Below, piece after piece: positions 24,526 through 36,790 of a stretch of 64,000 bases of DNA. The first letter of the stretch is position 1. Each line of letters opens with the position of its first letter. The position numbers were made by a program, and so were the translations under genes. This stretch comes from Octopus vulgaris (Eukaryota): contig OX597837.1 of NCBI GenBank assembly GCA_951406725.2, positions 41,726,001-41,790,000 on the forward strand, written 5' to 3'. The notes beneath the pieces were generated by a model. The model searched no databases, was not told the origin of the DNA, and worked only from the letters and a program-made list of their open reading frames with translations.

Positions 24526-26004
24526 TCTGAGGGCTGAGCCTTGGTGTACCCCTACTTCTACCCGGAATTCTTCACTATATTCGTTGCCAATCCTAACCTT
24601 GCTGACGGCCTCTCTGTATAGGGCCTGTACAGCCCTTATTAGCCATTCGTCAATCTCCAGTTTCCGCATCGACCACCAAGTTTGAAGGCTTTCTCCAAGT
24701 CCACAAAAGCTATGTAGAGGAGTTTATCTTTAGCTAGGTACTTCTCCTGCAGTTGTCAGACCAGGAATATAGCATCAGTGGTGCTTCTACCCGGCACAAA
24801 ACTGAACTGCATCTCATCTAAGCAAATTCTCTCCCTAATGAGATGGATTATGACCCTCTCTGTGACCTTCATCACCTGATCCAACAGTTTAATACCCCTG
24901 TAGTTATTTCTATCTAGAGCATCACCCTTACCCTTGTAGCAGTTGACTATGGTGCAGCTACGCCAGTCATTGGGTATGACTCTATTATGAACTACCTGGT
25001 TTACAATGCGGGTGACTAGGCCATAGCCCACATAGCCAGCTGTTTTAAGCATCTCAGCAGTGATTCCTGATGGGCCGGGGGGCTTTACCTGGTTTCATAC
25101 CCTTAATTGCCTTAAAAGCCACTGAAGAAAAAAAAAACGGTCGAAATAGAGGTGTCGATGCTGATGGTGGAAAGGTTGTGTAAGGGACCATACATCATCA
25201 TGTCCCAATCCATGCGGTCTTTTCCCATTATACTTCTTACCTGTGTAAACATCGAAGTTTACACAGTATCCCGTCTCCGATTCACAAACTTCCCATACCT
25301 TGATCCCCTATTTAGTAAGTTTGGCAGGCATGTACTGCCGAAAATGTACTCTGCCCTTAAATCCTATCATGGCTTCATCTACACTGAGATTTTTTTTTCC
25401 AGGTAAATAAATAGTTTTATAATTATTTACAAGTAAATCAATCACAGGACGTACTTTGTACAGGGGATCGTAGTTTGGGTCGTTTTTGTTGGGGGCATTG
25501 GAAGAATCAGTCAAATGTAAATACTGAGATGTTTTCGAATACCTCGTCTTCGACATGATGCTCGAAATATATGGATCGCCATACCTTACATCGGGACTCC
25601 AATAGTTCCACAGTCGAGGACGCTGTTTAACTCCAAACATAATGTTGATCGTAAAAAATGCTCTCATTTCCGCAGTGTTAGTTGGCTGCCATAGCGGATC
25701 GTTTCTTCCTCAAACAGAAATTAAATGTTGCACATAATTTGTTCGTGTCCTCCGCAACATTTTCAAAATATAAAAACAGATAGTCTAGTGGTTGAGCATC
25801 AGGAGGTAAATTCTGTTGTGGACCAGTGTTTTCTGTAAAATCAGAAATTGTGACTGGTGTCGTAATTTTCGACCATGTTGCCTTACTTACAATAACGTTT
25901 TCTTCACTTTCGTTATCGAATTCTTCTTCGTCCGACGAGTAATCACTGATATCAATATCAGATTCATCCGAAGTCAAAATACTTTTGTTTCCGTTGATAT
26001 TGTG

Positions 26005-27310
26005 GTGTGTGCGCGATTCGAATATAAAGGCACCTACCTTCTCTTCCTCGTGATGGAGACCCTCTTAAAGATCACAATCTCGCCGTTCCATGTCGTAGTC
26101 CACCATCCAACCAAGAGAGCACCTTGCGCGTCGAGATCTTCTCAAGCTGGGCACCTCATTCTCCCCCCTCTCCAGAATCATCGTCCGTTGAAGCGACAAT
26201 CCTGCGAAGGTCCAAGACGTGTTGTGGCATTCCATCTATGGATACGTTGTTTCTGGAATTGACCGCCGTCACCGTTCCTCTGCTCCATTGAGACGTACAG
26301 CTTTGGTGGCTTGACCCAGATTTCCTCCCCTATTTTCACGCAAACGGGCCCCGGCTGCATACAGTCCCGCGCCATGTGCGGTCCCTGGCATCTAAAACAC
26401 CGTCCTGAGAACGGCTGCTCTCGTTGCATGGTAAGCTTCTGTACGTCTTTCTCCGGTCGTCCTCCCTCTTTACGCGCCTCCGTCACTGCTATCACCTTCC
26501 GCCCAGAGTGTCGTGTCAACACGCAGGCCTGAACCACATGTTCGCTCAGCGCCATCTTTTTAATCCCGGGTAGTCGTAGGTGAATCCCTACATCGTCGGG
26601 GAACCCATTCACGAACGCCAGCCGGGCTGCTCTCTCCAGCCCTTCTCCCGCAAACCCAGCCAGAGTCGCTAGCCTAACTTCTGCTGCATAGTCATCCACT
26701 TGTCCTCCTGTCCATCTGATCGCACCTAGCTTAGCAAAAGCCGTGTATTCGCATTCCGTGTAGGCATCCCGCAAGCGTCGCTCTATATTCTCCTCGCTGA
26801 GCCGTTCCTCTTTGTCTATCTCAAGGTATAGCGTTAAGGCGCTCCCTTCTAAATACAGCGGCATGAGACTTGCCACATCGCTTATACCTTGCAGTCTTGC
26901 CACCAGCCTGATTTTGCGAATCCAGGCCACTACATCGCCTTCACCATTAAAGGGTCTGACGACGTCGCTGGCGATCCTAATTTTTGCAGACATCGTGGCG
27001 ACGAATCGTGTTGAAATGTAAATGTTTAAGAATCGCCGAAATAGCTTGTTGTGTGTGCGCGATTCGAATATAAAGGCACCTACCTTCTCCATCCTCGTGA
27101 TGGAGACCCTTCAGTGGTAACTAATCCTTCGACAGCCCCGACCCGAACACTAAAGATAGCAGCTGCTCACCCAAACCTTAGTGACGTCTTCATATGTCTT
27201 GACACCTTGACGACCCACGTTGGAAAGGCCGAATTCACTGCTGCCTGCGCATGCCTGACGGCTGCCCCTTCCGGTTGCCCCAACTTCCGGTCAACGCACC
27301 CAGCTGCTGA
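26005..27310 (-). mobile_element. Internally deleted LTR retrotransposon (gag fused to integrase tail)
   Basis: ORF 26178..27092 has gag PFNGEGDVVAWIRK...LYLEGSAL and a CFRCQGPHMARDC knuckle, running straight into WVKPP...VNSRNNVSxDGMPQHVLDLR. The same LTR-like sequence appears at about 26005-26063 and 27050-27110. Confidence 0.75.
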
Positions 27311-28055
27311 CGTCATCCCGCAGATATCTTCAATATCATCAATAGTAAAACCTTCAAAGTCGGAATCGCTACTTGCTGACGCCATTTATGGCCTATTTGT
27401 CGTGAAATTGTCCAAGAATCTCCAGAATCGTCGTCCGTCGAAGCGACAATCCTACGAAGGTCCAAGACGTGTCGTGGCATTCCATCTACGGATACGTTGT
27501 TTCTGGAATTGACCGCCGTCACCTTTCCTCTGCTCCATTGAGACGTACAGCTTGACCCAGACTTCCTCCCCTATTTTTACGCAATCGGGCCCCGGCTGCG
27601 TACAGTCCCGCGTCATGTGCTGTCCCTGGCATCTAAAACACCATCCTGAGAACGGCCGCTCTCATTGCATGGTAAGCTTCTGTACGTCTTTCTCCGGTTG
27701 TCGTCCCTCTTTACGCGCCTTCGCTCTCGCCTTCCGCCCAGAGTGTCGCGTCAACACGCGGGCCTGAGCCACGAGTTCGCTCAGCGCCATCTTTTTAATC
27801 CCGGGCAGTCGTTGTAGGTGAATCCCTACATCGTCGGGGAACCCATTCACAAATGCCAGCCGGGCTGCTCTCTTTAAGCAAGGGCACTTGCCAAAACGAA
27901 CACATATATGAGGTCTTGATCTGGTACCCTTTTGCAGTTTTTCTTTTTTGCTGCGAACACAGTCTGCAAACTTTTTTCCGTCCGTTTATTTTTTCCGACT
28001 TGATGAAAGTCAATATTTTCTCTGTTGACATCCACCTCAGTTAATTTTGCTTTTC

Positions 28056-28370
28056 ATCCCGCAGATATCTTCAATATCATCAATAGTAAAACCTTCAAAG
28101 TCGGAATCGCTACTTGCTGATGCCATTTCTTTCACAACAAACATAGAAATAACCATGTGGTGTAAAACAATTTCACAGTATTTATACTTGAATAAAGGCA
28201 GGAAAGGCTTCGTCTCGCATTGTCTCAAAGCTACGAGAATTTAATAACGTGAATTGTTTATTTTTTTTAGCGATTTCGTAGGGCGGTCGGATACAGCCGG
28301 ATTTGGCCGGTTTGAACAATTAAAGGGGAATTAATTTTGGCCGGCTACGGCCGGTTTGAACACTAAAGGG
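28056..28370 (-). mobile_element. piggyBac 5' end with terminal inverted repeat
   Basis: Minus strand TTAA|CCCTTTAGTGTTCAAACCGGCC at 28374-28349, a subterminal repeat of ggccggtttgaaca, then MASASSDSDFEGF. Confidence 0.8.
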
Positions 28371-28829
28371 TTAATGAATATTATTGAGTCGAGGGTTGTG
28401 CATAAAAGTTGTAAATCATTACTAACTTGGTCAAGTGTAGCGAGTTGTATCTTCACTGTTTTTCCTTTCCCGGGTGAGTAGATTTGAGTCCTCGATTTTG
28501 TTATTTAAGGTAATGAGTTGTGTATTAATACTTTTAAGTTCTTTAAGTATGTCCTCATTTGTAATTTTATCCCAAGTATTAGTCTTCTGCGGCAATTTCA
28601 GTCTCACGTGTTTTATATATAGGTGAGAAAATTGGTGTGTGAAAGCACGTGGTTAGATATATAAAAAATAGAAAAGAGTGAACAAACTACAGAAGGCTTG
28701 TTTTATAAGGTTAAAGAATATATCTAAGTCGTTATGTTAGAAAAATGTTATAAAATTTTGTGTTATAATAACATAGTTTTTGGAGAAAAACCGGTTTCAT
28801 GTAAACTTCAATTTCTCAAAGTTCTTTAC

Positions 28830-29010
28830 CTACAAAATTGTGAACACCATATCTTTCATGCCTCTGTTGGCTCTGAAGCCACACTGGCTCTCGGGGAGGT
28901 TTTCTTCAGCGATGGTTGGTACTAGCCTCTTGAGCAGGATCCTGGCAAGTACTTTGCCAGCGATGGAGAGTTGGGTGATTCCCTGGTTATTGGAGCAGTC
29001 AGACTTCCTT
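28830..29010 (-). pseudogene. RTE-clade LINE RT fragment, different family
   Basis: KSDCSNNQGITQLSIAGKVLARILLKRL...LPESQCGFRANRGMKDMVF. Confidence 0.85.
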
Positions 29011-29259
29011 AGCCAGGCTGCATCCTCTACCACGGCACCTCCAATTTCCCAGACAACTCCCATCACCATGCTGCTAGCATCGCACCATGTGATCCCATTC
29101 TTCAATTTGAGTACATACCAATTCAACAGAAGCACCCACAGGACTTAAAAAGTAATTTTAAAAAACATTTTAAAAATTGGGATGGAATCACTGCCTTAAC
29201 CCTTTTGATCTCTGATCTTTTAATAACTATATTACATATGTGACCCCTTCCTTATTTGG

Positions 29260-32200
29260 ATTCTCATTTGGATTCTCTTTGCTTATTGTTAGTATGACAT
29301 AAATTTAGTGGATTACTAAATCTTGCGTCTCCCCTGTGGTGGGCGGAAAAACCGTTAGTCGCCTTATCATTGATACTGCTACTCTCGCTGTTGGTGATGC
29401 TTAAGATGTTTTGGTCTATATTGTTGGGACTTTGTTCAGCGTTGTAATTATTATTATTATTAATTCTATTACTCAAAGTGGGCGGAGGTGCCGCATTAAA
29501 TGTAGGAGCAATGTTATCCTCCTGAGGTATATTGTTGATGGGTCGGGCATTGTGAGTGTTTATTGAGCGAAAACACCTAAAGCTCCACGAGGCTCCGGCA
29601 GGGGGTGGTGGTGAACCCTGCTGTACTCTTTCACCACAACTTTCTCTCGCTCTTTCTTCCCGTTTCTCTTGTACCTGTATTTCAAAGGGCCAGCTTTGTC
29701 ACATTCTGTGTGTCACACTGAATCTTCCTGAGAATTACGTTAAGGGTACACGTGTCTGTGGAGTGCTCAGCCACTTACACGTTAATTTCACGAGCAGGCT
29801 GTTCCGTTGATCGTATCAGCTGGGACCCTCATCGTCGCAACCAACGGAGTGCTCCTATATATTGTTGACGGGTGTAGTGCTGCTTCTGTTGGGGTGACGG
29901 ATGTTAGTACTAGCGGTTCGGGTATTATGGTTGCCAGCCCAATTATATTGACTACTGCATGGATGAATGGGGTTCGATTGGTCATAATAACCTGCTCCTA
30001 ATCTAGCTGTTCTAATGTTAATATTGTTATGCTTAGCTATGAGGCAGTCCATGTTTGGCAGGGTAGTGTAGGAGATCCTAATGGTTTTGTTAGAGAATAT
30101 ACTCCTATACTTATGGATGGGTGGGAAGTTGTTGGAAATAATAGAGAATATTCTCTTACATAATTTACCCTTAACTGCTATGTTGTATGGTGTGTTGTAT
30201 CATATATAATTACATAATCTACTGTTTCCGCCTCTATTTCCCCTAATATGATCGGTGTTACTCTCGTCAGAAGGGTTTTCATTGCGTACTATTCCATTGG
30301 TTCGCCTTCTTTCTATACGTTGCTTAGTTCTGTTGGAAGTTAAATTAGTGTTAGCTTGGGCTGTGTTGTTATTACCAATATCTAGTCGAGTTTGTTCAGA
30401 TCTTAAACGATTAGCTCTGGAATACAGAGTTTGCTTATAAGTGGGATTTTTACAGCTGACGGACGTTCCTGGAGGGTCTACATAGGATATTCCCTGGGTA
30501 TCACCTTGTCTAGAATAGTCTTACTGAGTCTGCCTATGTCCGATTTAGTCGGACAGATTAATCGTACTCCTACGTTATCAGGGACATTTTTCTTGTGGTC
30601 CTTAATGCTGATTTTAGGTTCCTGAGGTTTGAATCGCTCGAGGGTATCGGATCTGGTCCAAAGTTTACAGTCGAATTCTATTATAGTTTTTTCTGGCTAA
30701 TAGTATAATGTCGATCTTTTCCCTGTCTATAAACGAAAGGTTGCGGGCATATATAAGGGATTTGTTAAGCAAGAATGGGGATATACTGGCGTAGTAGTTA
30801 GCTATGTCAAACTGAATGAACGACTAGTTGGGTCTGTTAGTGATTGTGTTAAACCACTCCAGCACATCATCGGTGTTAATCCATAGGTGGGGTTTGATGC
30901 GTAGGATCACCTCGTCTAGAATAGTCTTACTGAGTCCGACTATGTCCGATTTAGTCGGACAGATTAACCGTACTCCTATGTTATCCGGGAAATTTTTCTT
31001 GTGGTCCTTAATGCTGATTTTAGGTTCCTGAGGTTTGATCGGTTCCGTTCTGTCTAGGTCCAATTTAATCATTACTTCTTTGATTTTATAGTTGATTTCT
31101 TTAAGGTTATCTGTAGATGGAGTCTTATATTTTTTGTCAAGCTCTCTCATGATGAGCGATCTGTAGTGTTGGTCGTCCAACTTATACCAGTTCCCAGTTT
31201 TGTTGGCGGGCACAATAAGACTATCATCGTTCTTAAGCGGATGCAAGAAATCCTTTGGATCTTAAATGAGTAGTTCTGGAACATGGAGTTCGCTTATAAG
31301 TGGGATTTTTACAGCTGACGGACGTTCCTGGAGGGTCTACATAGGGTATTCCCTGGGTATACCCAGCACTAGAGAGCCTGGTTGTAGTGGTGTGCGTAAC
31401 CATTGAATATATCTCTGTTGGAGGATAGCTTAGTGAGATGGCTTGGACCGTGGTGTTAATTATACAGGGTGGGTGGTTGGAAGAGGTGCGGATGTATCTA
31501 GTTGTTTCTTCAGGTTTCCTATACGGGTGGTGAAGGTGCTTGTTCAAGTCTAACGTAACATCTAAGAAGTTTACTATTTTCGTGTTAGTCATAAATTCTT
31601 GTTTTAGATTGAAGGATTTGAAGAATAGTCTGATCTTTTTCCTAATTCTTTCTAGTTTACTCTTATTATTAATGGGGTATATGAAGAGAGCGTCATCCCT
31701 GTAGAGACCACCCTGTAGGTCCGGTACATCGGAGAATAGCTTCTTGAGTAGGTAGGCCCTGACCAAGTCAGTCACCTGAGCTGAATCGCTCGAGCCCATA
31801 GCCGCATCAAAGTTTTCAGGGGTATCGGATCTGGTCCAAAGTTTACAGTCGAATTCTATTATAGTTTTTCTGGCTAATAGTATTATGTCGATCTTTTCCC
31901 TGTCTATAAACGAAAGGTTGCGGGCATATATAAGGGATTTGTTAAGCAAGAATGGGGATATACTGGCGTAGTAGTTAGCTATGTCAAACTGAATGAACGA
32001 GTAGTTGGATCTGTTAGTGATTGTGTTAAACCACTCCAGCACATCGTTGGTGTTAATCCATAGGTGGAGTGGGATGTGGGGTTTGATGCGTGGGATCACC
32101 TTGTCTAGAATGGTCTTACTGAGTCTGCCTATATCCGATTTAGTCGGACAGATTAACTATATTCCTACGTTATCCAGGAAATTTTTCTTGTGGTCCTTAA

Positions 32201-32395
32201 TGCTGATTTTAGGTTCCTGAGGTTTGCTCGGTTCCGTTCTGTCTAGGAGGTCCAATTTAGTCATTACTTCTTTGATTTTATAGTTGATTTCTTTAAGATT
32301 ATCTGTAGATGTGGTCTTATATTTTTTGTTAAGCTCTCTCATGATGAGAGATCTGTAGTGTTGGTCGTCCAACTTATACCAGTTCCCAGTTTTTT
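29260..32395 (-). pseudogene. Penelope-like family B (YRDD type) with nested partial duplications
   Basis: FIQFDIANYYASI, AMGSSDSAQV, GGLYRDD, VNFLDVTLDL, SSNHPP (ORF 31233..32099). The PKISIKDHK..VRLICPTKSDI segment occurs three times (about 30530-30630, 30940-31035, 32130-32225). Confidence 0.88.
29567..29854. mobile_element. Probable short interspersed repeat inserted in the family B 3' region
   Basis: Abrupt GC-richer non-coding block that resembles an octopod repeat as I recall it. No second copy is visible in the window and no clear TSD. Confidence 0.4.
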
Positions 32396-33660
32396 GGTTG
32401 TTAGGTGTTTTTATAATTAGGAGATCAAGGAAAGGGAGATGATGTTTGCTGAATTCCATAGTGTATTGGATGTTGGGATGTATGTTGTTCAGTATGGTTT
32501 TGAATTCCAGAAGCTTTTCATAAGATTCTTTCCATATGATGAAACAATCATCCAAATACCTTTTCCAGTTTTCCATTATGTAGATGTGGAAAACGTGTCC
32601 AAATTTCTGGCGTGATATTTCATAGAGTGATAGTTCGAAGAAGCCCATTATGAGGTTCGCAAGGACCGGCGCAGCCTTGGTACCCATCGCCATACCACAT
32701 TTTTGATGGTGGTGTGTGTTATCGAAGAGGAAATAATCGTTTGTCAGAATGAACTTGAGTGATTCCGTAATGAAGGTCTTATGAATGCGGTCAGGGAATG
32801 CCTCTGGGTGTTTCTCTAGCCAGAAATCAATTGCCTCAATACCATATTCATGTGGGATATTGGTGTAGAGGTTGATGACATCAAAGGACACCAGGAGTGC
32901 CTCCTCGTTAGCTGTTTTCGGGAGGTGCTTGAGCATGTCCAGATCATCCCTAATGAAACTTTTGAAATGAGTAAGGAGAGGTTTCAAAAGGATGTCTAGG
33001 AAATTACTCAAGTGGTGTGTTTCACAGGAGGTGCCAGCCACGATGGGCCTTAGTTTTAGGTCCTCTGGTGCTTTGATGTTGATGTGGATGTCAGAGGAGA
33101 GTTTGCAGGCTTCGGTGATGTATTTGCTTTTATGGACTTTAGGAAGGCCATGGAAAAGGCTAGGCTTGCACTTGAAACTGGTGATATGATCCCTTTTCTC
33201 TTTTGGTGAGTCCCTGACCGTGTTGGAGTATGAGTGTGGTGAGGTTTTTGATTGTTTTTTGTTTATAGTTGTTGATAACCTCATAGAAAGTGTTGTTGTT
33301 TAGCATGGAAAGCACTAGGTGTTTATAAAACTCCGTGTCCATAAGGACCACAGAGCTCCCTTTGTCGGCTTCTTTGATGGTAAGGTTTTTGTCCAGTTGT
33401 AGGTCACGTAGGTTTTTCCATTCCTCCCTACTGAAATTGGGTTTTACCTTGGTTTTGCCTGGGTTAAAGGGCAGACTCTAGATGTGTTTGCAAAAATCGT
33501 CCAGTGCTTTATTTCTTCCTTTTGATGGTAGGAAGTTACTTTTGTTTTTGATCAATGAATCGTCCCCATTGTTGAGATCTGTCAGAGCTTCTGTTAAATG
33601 AAGTTTTCTGCAGAATTCAGAAACGTCGTCCTTGACGTGTTGGGTGTTCTTGGGGAAGTT
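32396..33660 (-). pseudogene. Penelope-like family A RT fragment, fused in frame to family B
   Basis: ORF 32157..33284: HGLPKVHK, LRPIV, SFDVINLYTNIPH, GMAMGTKAAP, KRYLDD, LPFLDL, then a switch to the family B KTGNWYKLD segment. Upstream IKEADKGSSVVLMD. Confidence 0.9.
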
Positions 33661-35719
33661 TGTGTGTCTATTAATTTTTGTTTGTTCACATCTACCGTTA
33701 AATGATAGTTTGCCAAAAAATCCGCTCCAAATATTGGATATGGTAAATCTGCTACTCTGAAGATCCATTTGTACTCTCTTCGTAAATTTATATCGAGCGT
33801 CAAGCTAATCTCTCCAAATGTTTGGATTTCAGACTGGTTCACCGCTTGAAGCGTCATATATACAGGTTTGGTTTTCTGTTTTAAGAGCCTTACAGGCCCT
33901 ATTGAACACGCTGCTCCTGTATCCATGAGAAATCTTTCTTTCGAGTTCAGGTTGTAGATGAAAAACACACGACTTTTTATGTTATCCACAGACTTCGTTG
34001 CCTCCAATCTATGGTTTAGAAGTTTTCCGAATTTTCCTTTTTTTTTTTTTTTTAGCAAGGAGATCAAATGCACAGGGTTTGATGCATTTGAAAGAATTTT
34101 CTCCGAATTTAGCGTGATACCAGCATATGGCGTTTCTTTTCAAGCTAGGGCTCTTCGATCTCCTGCGCCATCTTGTATTTTTTTGTTGATTGGAGCGGCC
34201 GTTTCTCTCAAGTTGTAAGTTCTCTATTTTCTTCGTTAATACTTCGAATTGTTTCTCGTAACATTTTTTTCAACTCTTGTATTTCACTTGAAATAGATGG
34301 AATCACACTAATAGTTTCTCTAGACGATAACTCCAAAATACCGTCTGCGAGATCCGCCAACTGTTGAATTGAATTCTGGTTTTTTACGGCCGAGAGCTAA
34401 GTTTGGGTTTTGTACGGCAGTTTATTGAAAAAATACCTCTTTGCTGTACGATTCCTCTATTTGCTGATTCCCCAGCACTTTGTTCATCCTTCGTAACAGT
34501 TGCGTGGGTTTTCTACTACCCAGCTCTTCGTTGTTAAATAATTTTGCGAATTCTTTTTGCTTCGAACTTGATGTACGCTTCAATATTTCTTCTTTAATCG
34601 AAGAATACAAAACTGGCTCCATAGGGTTCAGTAACAGATCCCTGATTTCATTGCTTAGAGGTGGAGGCAAATTGCTAAGCCTGATGTTGTACTTCTGCTC
34701 CTCATTCGTTATTCTGTTGGCTTTAAAGCTTGCCTCTAGTTGCGCCAACCAAATTAGTGTGTCTCCAGTCCACGGGGGACAATTCAGTACATTGACAGAA
34801 GCTTGTATGTGACTTCTGTCAAAGTACGATGACTCGGGTTCTTTTTTTTCCTGCTCCATTATTTTTGTGAATATATATATTTTGTTTTTGTTTCTTTAAA
34901 AAAAAAAAAAAAAAAGTTCTTTCTTCAGCTTCTTCTGTGTCAATAATTCCGTACTTATGCTTATTATTGGCTCCGTAGTATATACGAATGGCTGCAGATT
35001 TGGGGGGTCACCAGTTTAAGCAATAGGATCACATGTGATCGTATCGTGTAGGAAATACAATCGCACGTGGTTCTACTCTTAACAAATTATTACAAGCCAT
35101 AAATACATGCAGTAACAATAGAACATAAGTGAATTGACGACAAGTCTTGCTGTTGAGATATAAATATTATTTATTTCACGATCGTGTCAACGTTAGGAGT
35201 TTGTAAGCGTTCGCATGTCTTGTGTCTGTGTGTTCGTGTGTGTGACAGGACAATCGGGGTGAATGCGGCTGGCATAGAAGGTACATGATGGTGGCGACGG
35301 GGAAGATAGTAGGCTTTCTATGATTGTGTACATCAGCATAGCCGGTAGTAGCCGGAACAATCGTATATCGCTTGGTTGAGTAACGCTGTGGCCTAAAGTT
35401 AGTTCTTAGAAGAACTGGAACTAAAAGACGAAAAGTGTCTGAAAACACTCCTTTATATACCGGTTGGTTGGCTCAAACGAGCCTCAAAAACGGAATCTTA
35501 ACCAAAGGCCGTGATTGGTTATTTCGGGATGGTGGCACGAAATAAGTAGACAAATCGCGTCACGTGTCAACCAATCAGGTTAGTGTTTACAACAGGAACT
35601 AGTTGGCCAAAGATGGCTGTAACTTCAAACGAGATCATTTCTTGCCTTGCCTTTCAACAGTGACGATATTAGAAATCGCTATAGTCATATTTCAAAATGG
35701 CTGAAACTGCCATGTTACA
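33660..35719 (-). mobile_element. Second Ty3/Gypsy 5' end: LTR, Trp-type PBS, gag, protease
   Basis: LTR-like region about 35016-35719 starting TGTAACA, with CCAAT, TATA and AATAAA; PBS TGGTGACCCC at 35004-35013; gag WLAQLEASF...LGSRKPTQLLRRM; protease FLMDTGA...PIFGADFL. Confidence 0.85.
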
Positions 35720-36750
35720 GTATCATCCCATGCTTCAGGATTTTCAATGATGTGTTCAAAAAGGCTGATTATGAAATTATAATTTTCCTTTGTGGTAATA
35801 ATAAGACGTGAGGAGTAATTCCATCTAGTTGCTGTTGCTTTCAGAAATCTTTTTTTAACAAAGTTATCTAATGCATTAACCCTTTTCGGTGGTTTCGTAA
35901 AAAAATGTACCGAGTCCGTTTATTGTAGACAAATATATCTTGCATTCTTTCATAGCAGAGCATGATTGTGAAAGAACTAAATTTAGGATATGGGCACAAC
36001 AATGAATAAAGATTGCACATCCATATTTCTTTCTTACTTTTGCCTGTAACCCATTAATTGTCCTGCCATTGTAGCGGCACCATCATATGTCTGTGCAATC
36101 AATTTGTTTCCACATTCCCACCTCTCAATGCATTTAAAAACATGTTCAGATTAAAGCATTTGCAGATCGATCTGCACTAACATCACTAAAACCGATAAAT
36201 CGTTCTTTCGTCACAGTCTTCTATAACATAGCGTAAAACTGTTGACAGTTGTGAAGATGCTGGGACATCAGATGTCTCATCAACAAGAATAGAAACAAAC
36301 TTAGCTTGTTCAATTTCCTTCTGCATCTCATTCAACATAACTTTATGAATTGCTTCGATCAAGTCATTTTGAATTCTGTTCGACAGACCAGTAAAGATAG
36401 AAGCTGTATCTAGATGACTTTCCATTTTTTGTCATATTTACTGATCAAATAGACAAGTTCTTTATAATTTCCACGATTATTAGAGCAATCATTCAAAATG
36501 ATCCTGAAACGAAAATTTCTGGAGGCCTAAAAAATTAACAACATCCATCAATCGTTGCAGAATGGATCTGTTTCGTCAAACTTTCTCATTATGATGTATG
36601 CTTTGATTTTTACGTGCATCTAATTGTAAGTCTATGCGAACATTCCCGAATATTTTAAGATCTATCAAACATTTTATATGCCTTTGAGAACGCTCGTTCT
36701 TTAGCATTGCCAATGCACATTGGAAGGACGTTTCAACTGGCCGTCCACTG
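35720..36750 (-). pseudogene. hAT-superfamily (ZMYM1/DUF4371-like) transposase fragment
   Basis: NRGNYKEL, TGLSNRIQNDLI, FVSILVDETSDV..QLSTVLRYV, LIAQTYDGAATMAG. Confidence 0.88.
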
Positions 36751-36790
36751 GGAGTGTTTTTTTTTTTTTTTTTTTTTTTTATGTACACAT

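Larger units (their letters stand above)
21240..28055 (-). repeat. Tandemly duplicated and rearranged chimeric unit (LTR gag + piggyBac + RTE), period about 2.6 kb
   Basis: 21650-24000 and 24260-26620 are colinear with the same inter-family junctions (offset 2605 at 21861 vs 24466). Further partial copies lie at 21240-21625 and 27418-28055. Confidence 0.92.
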
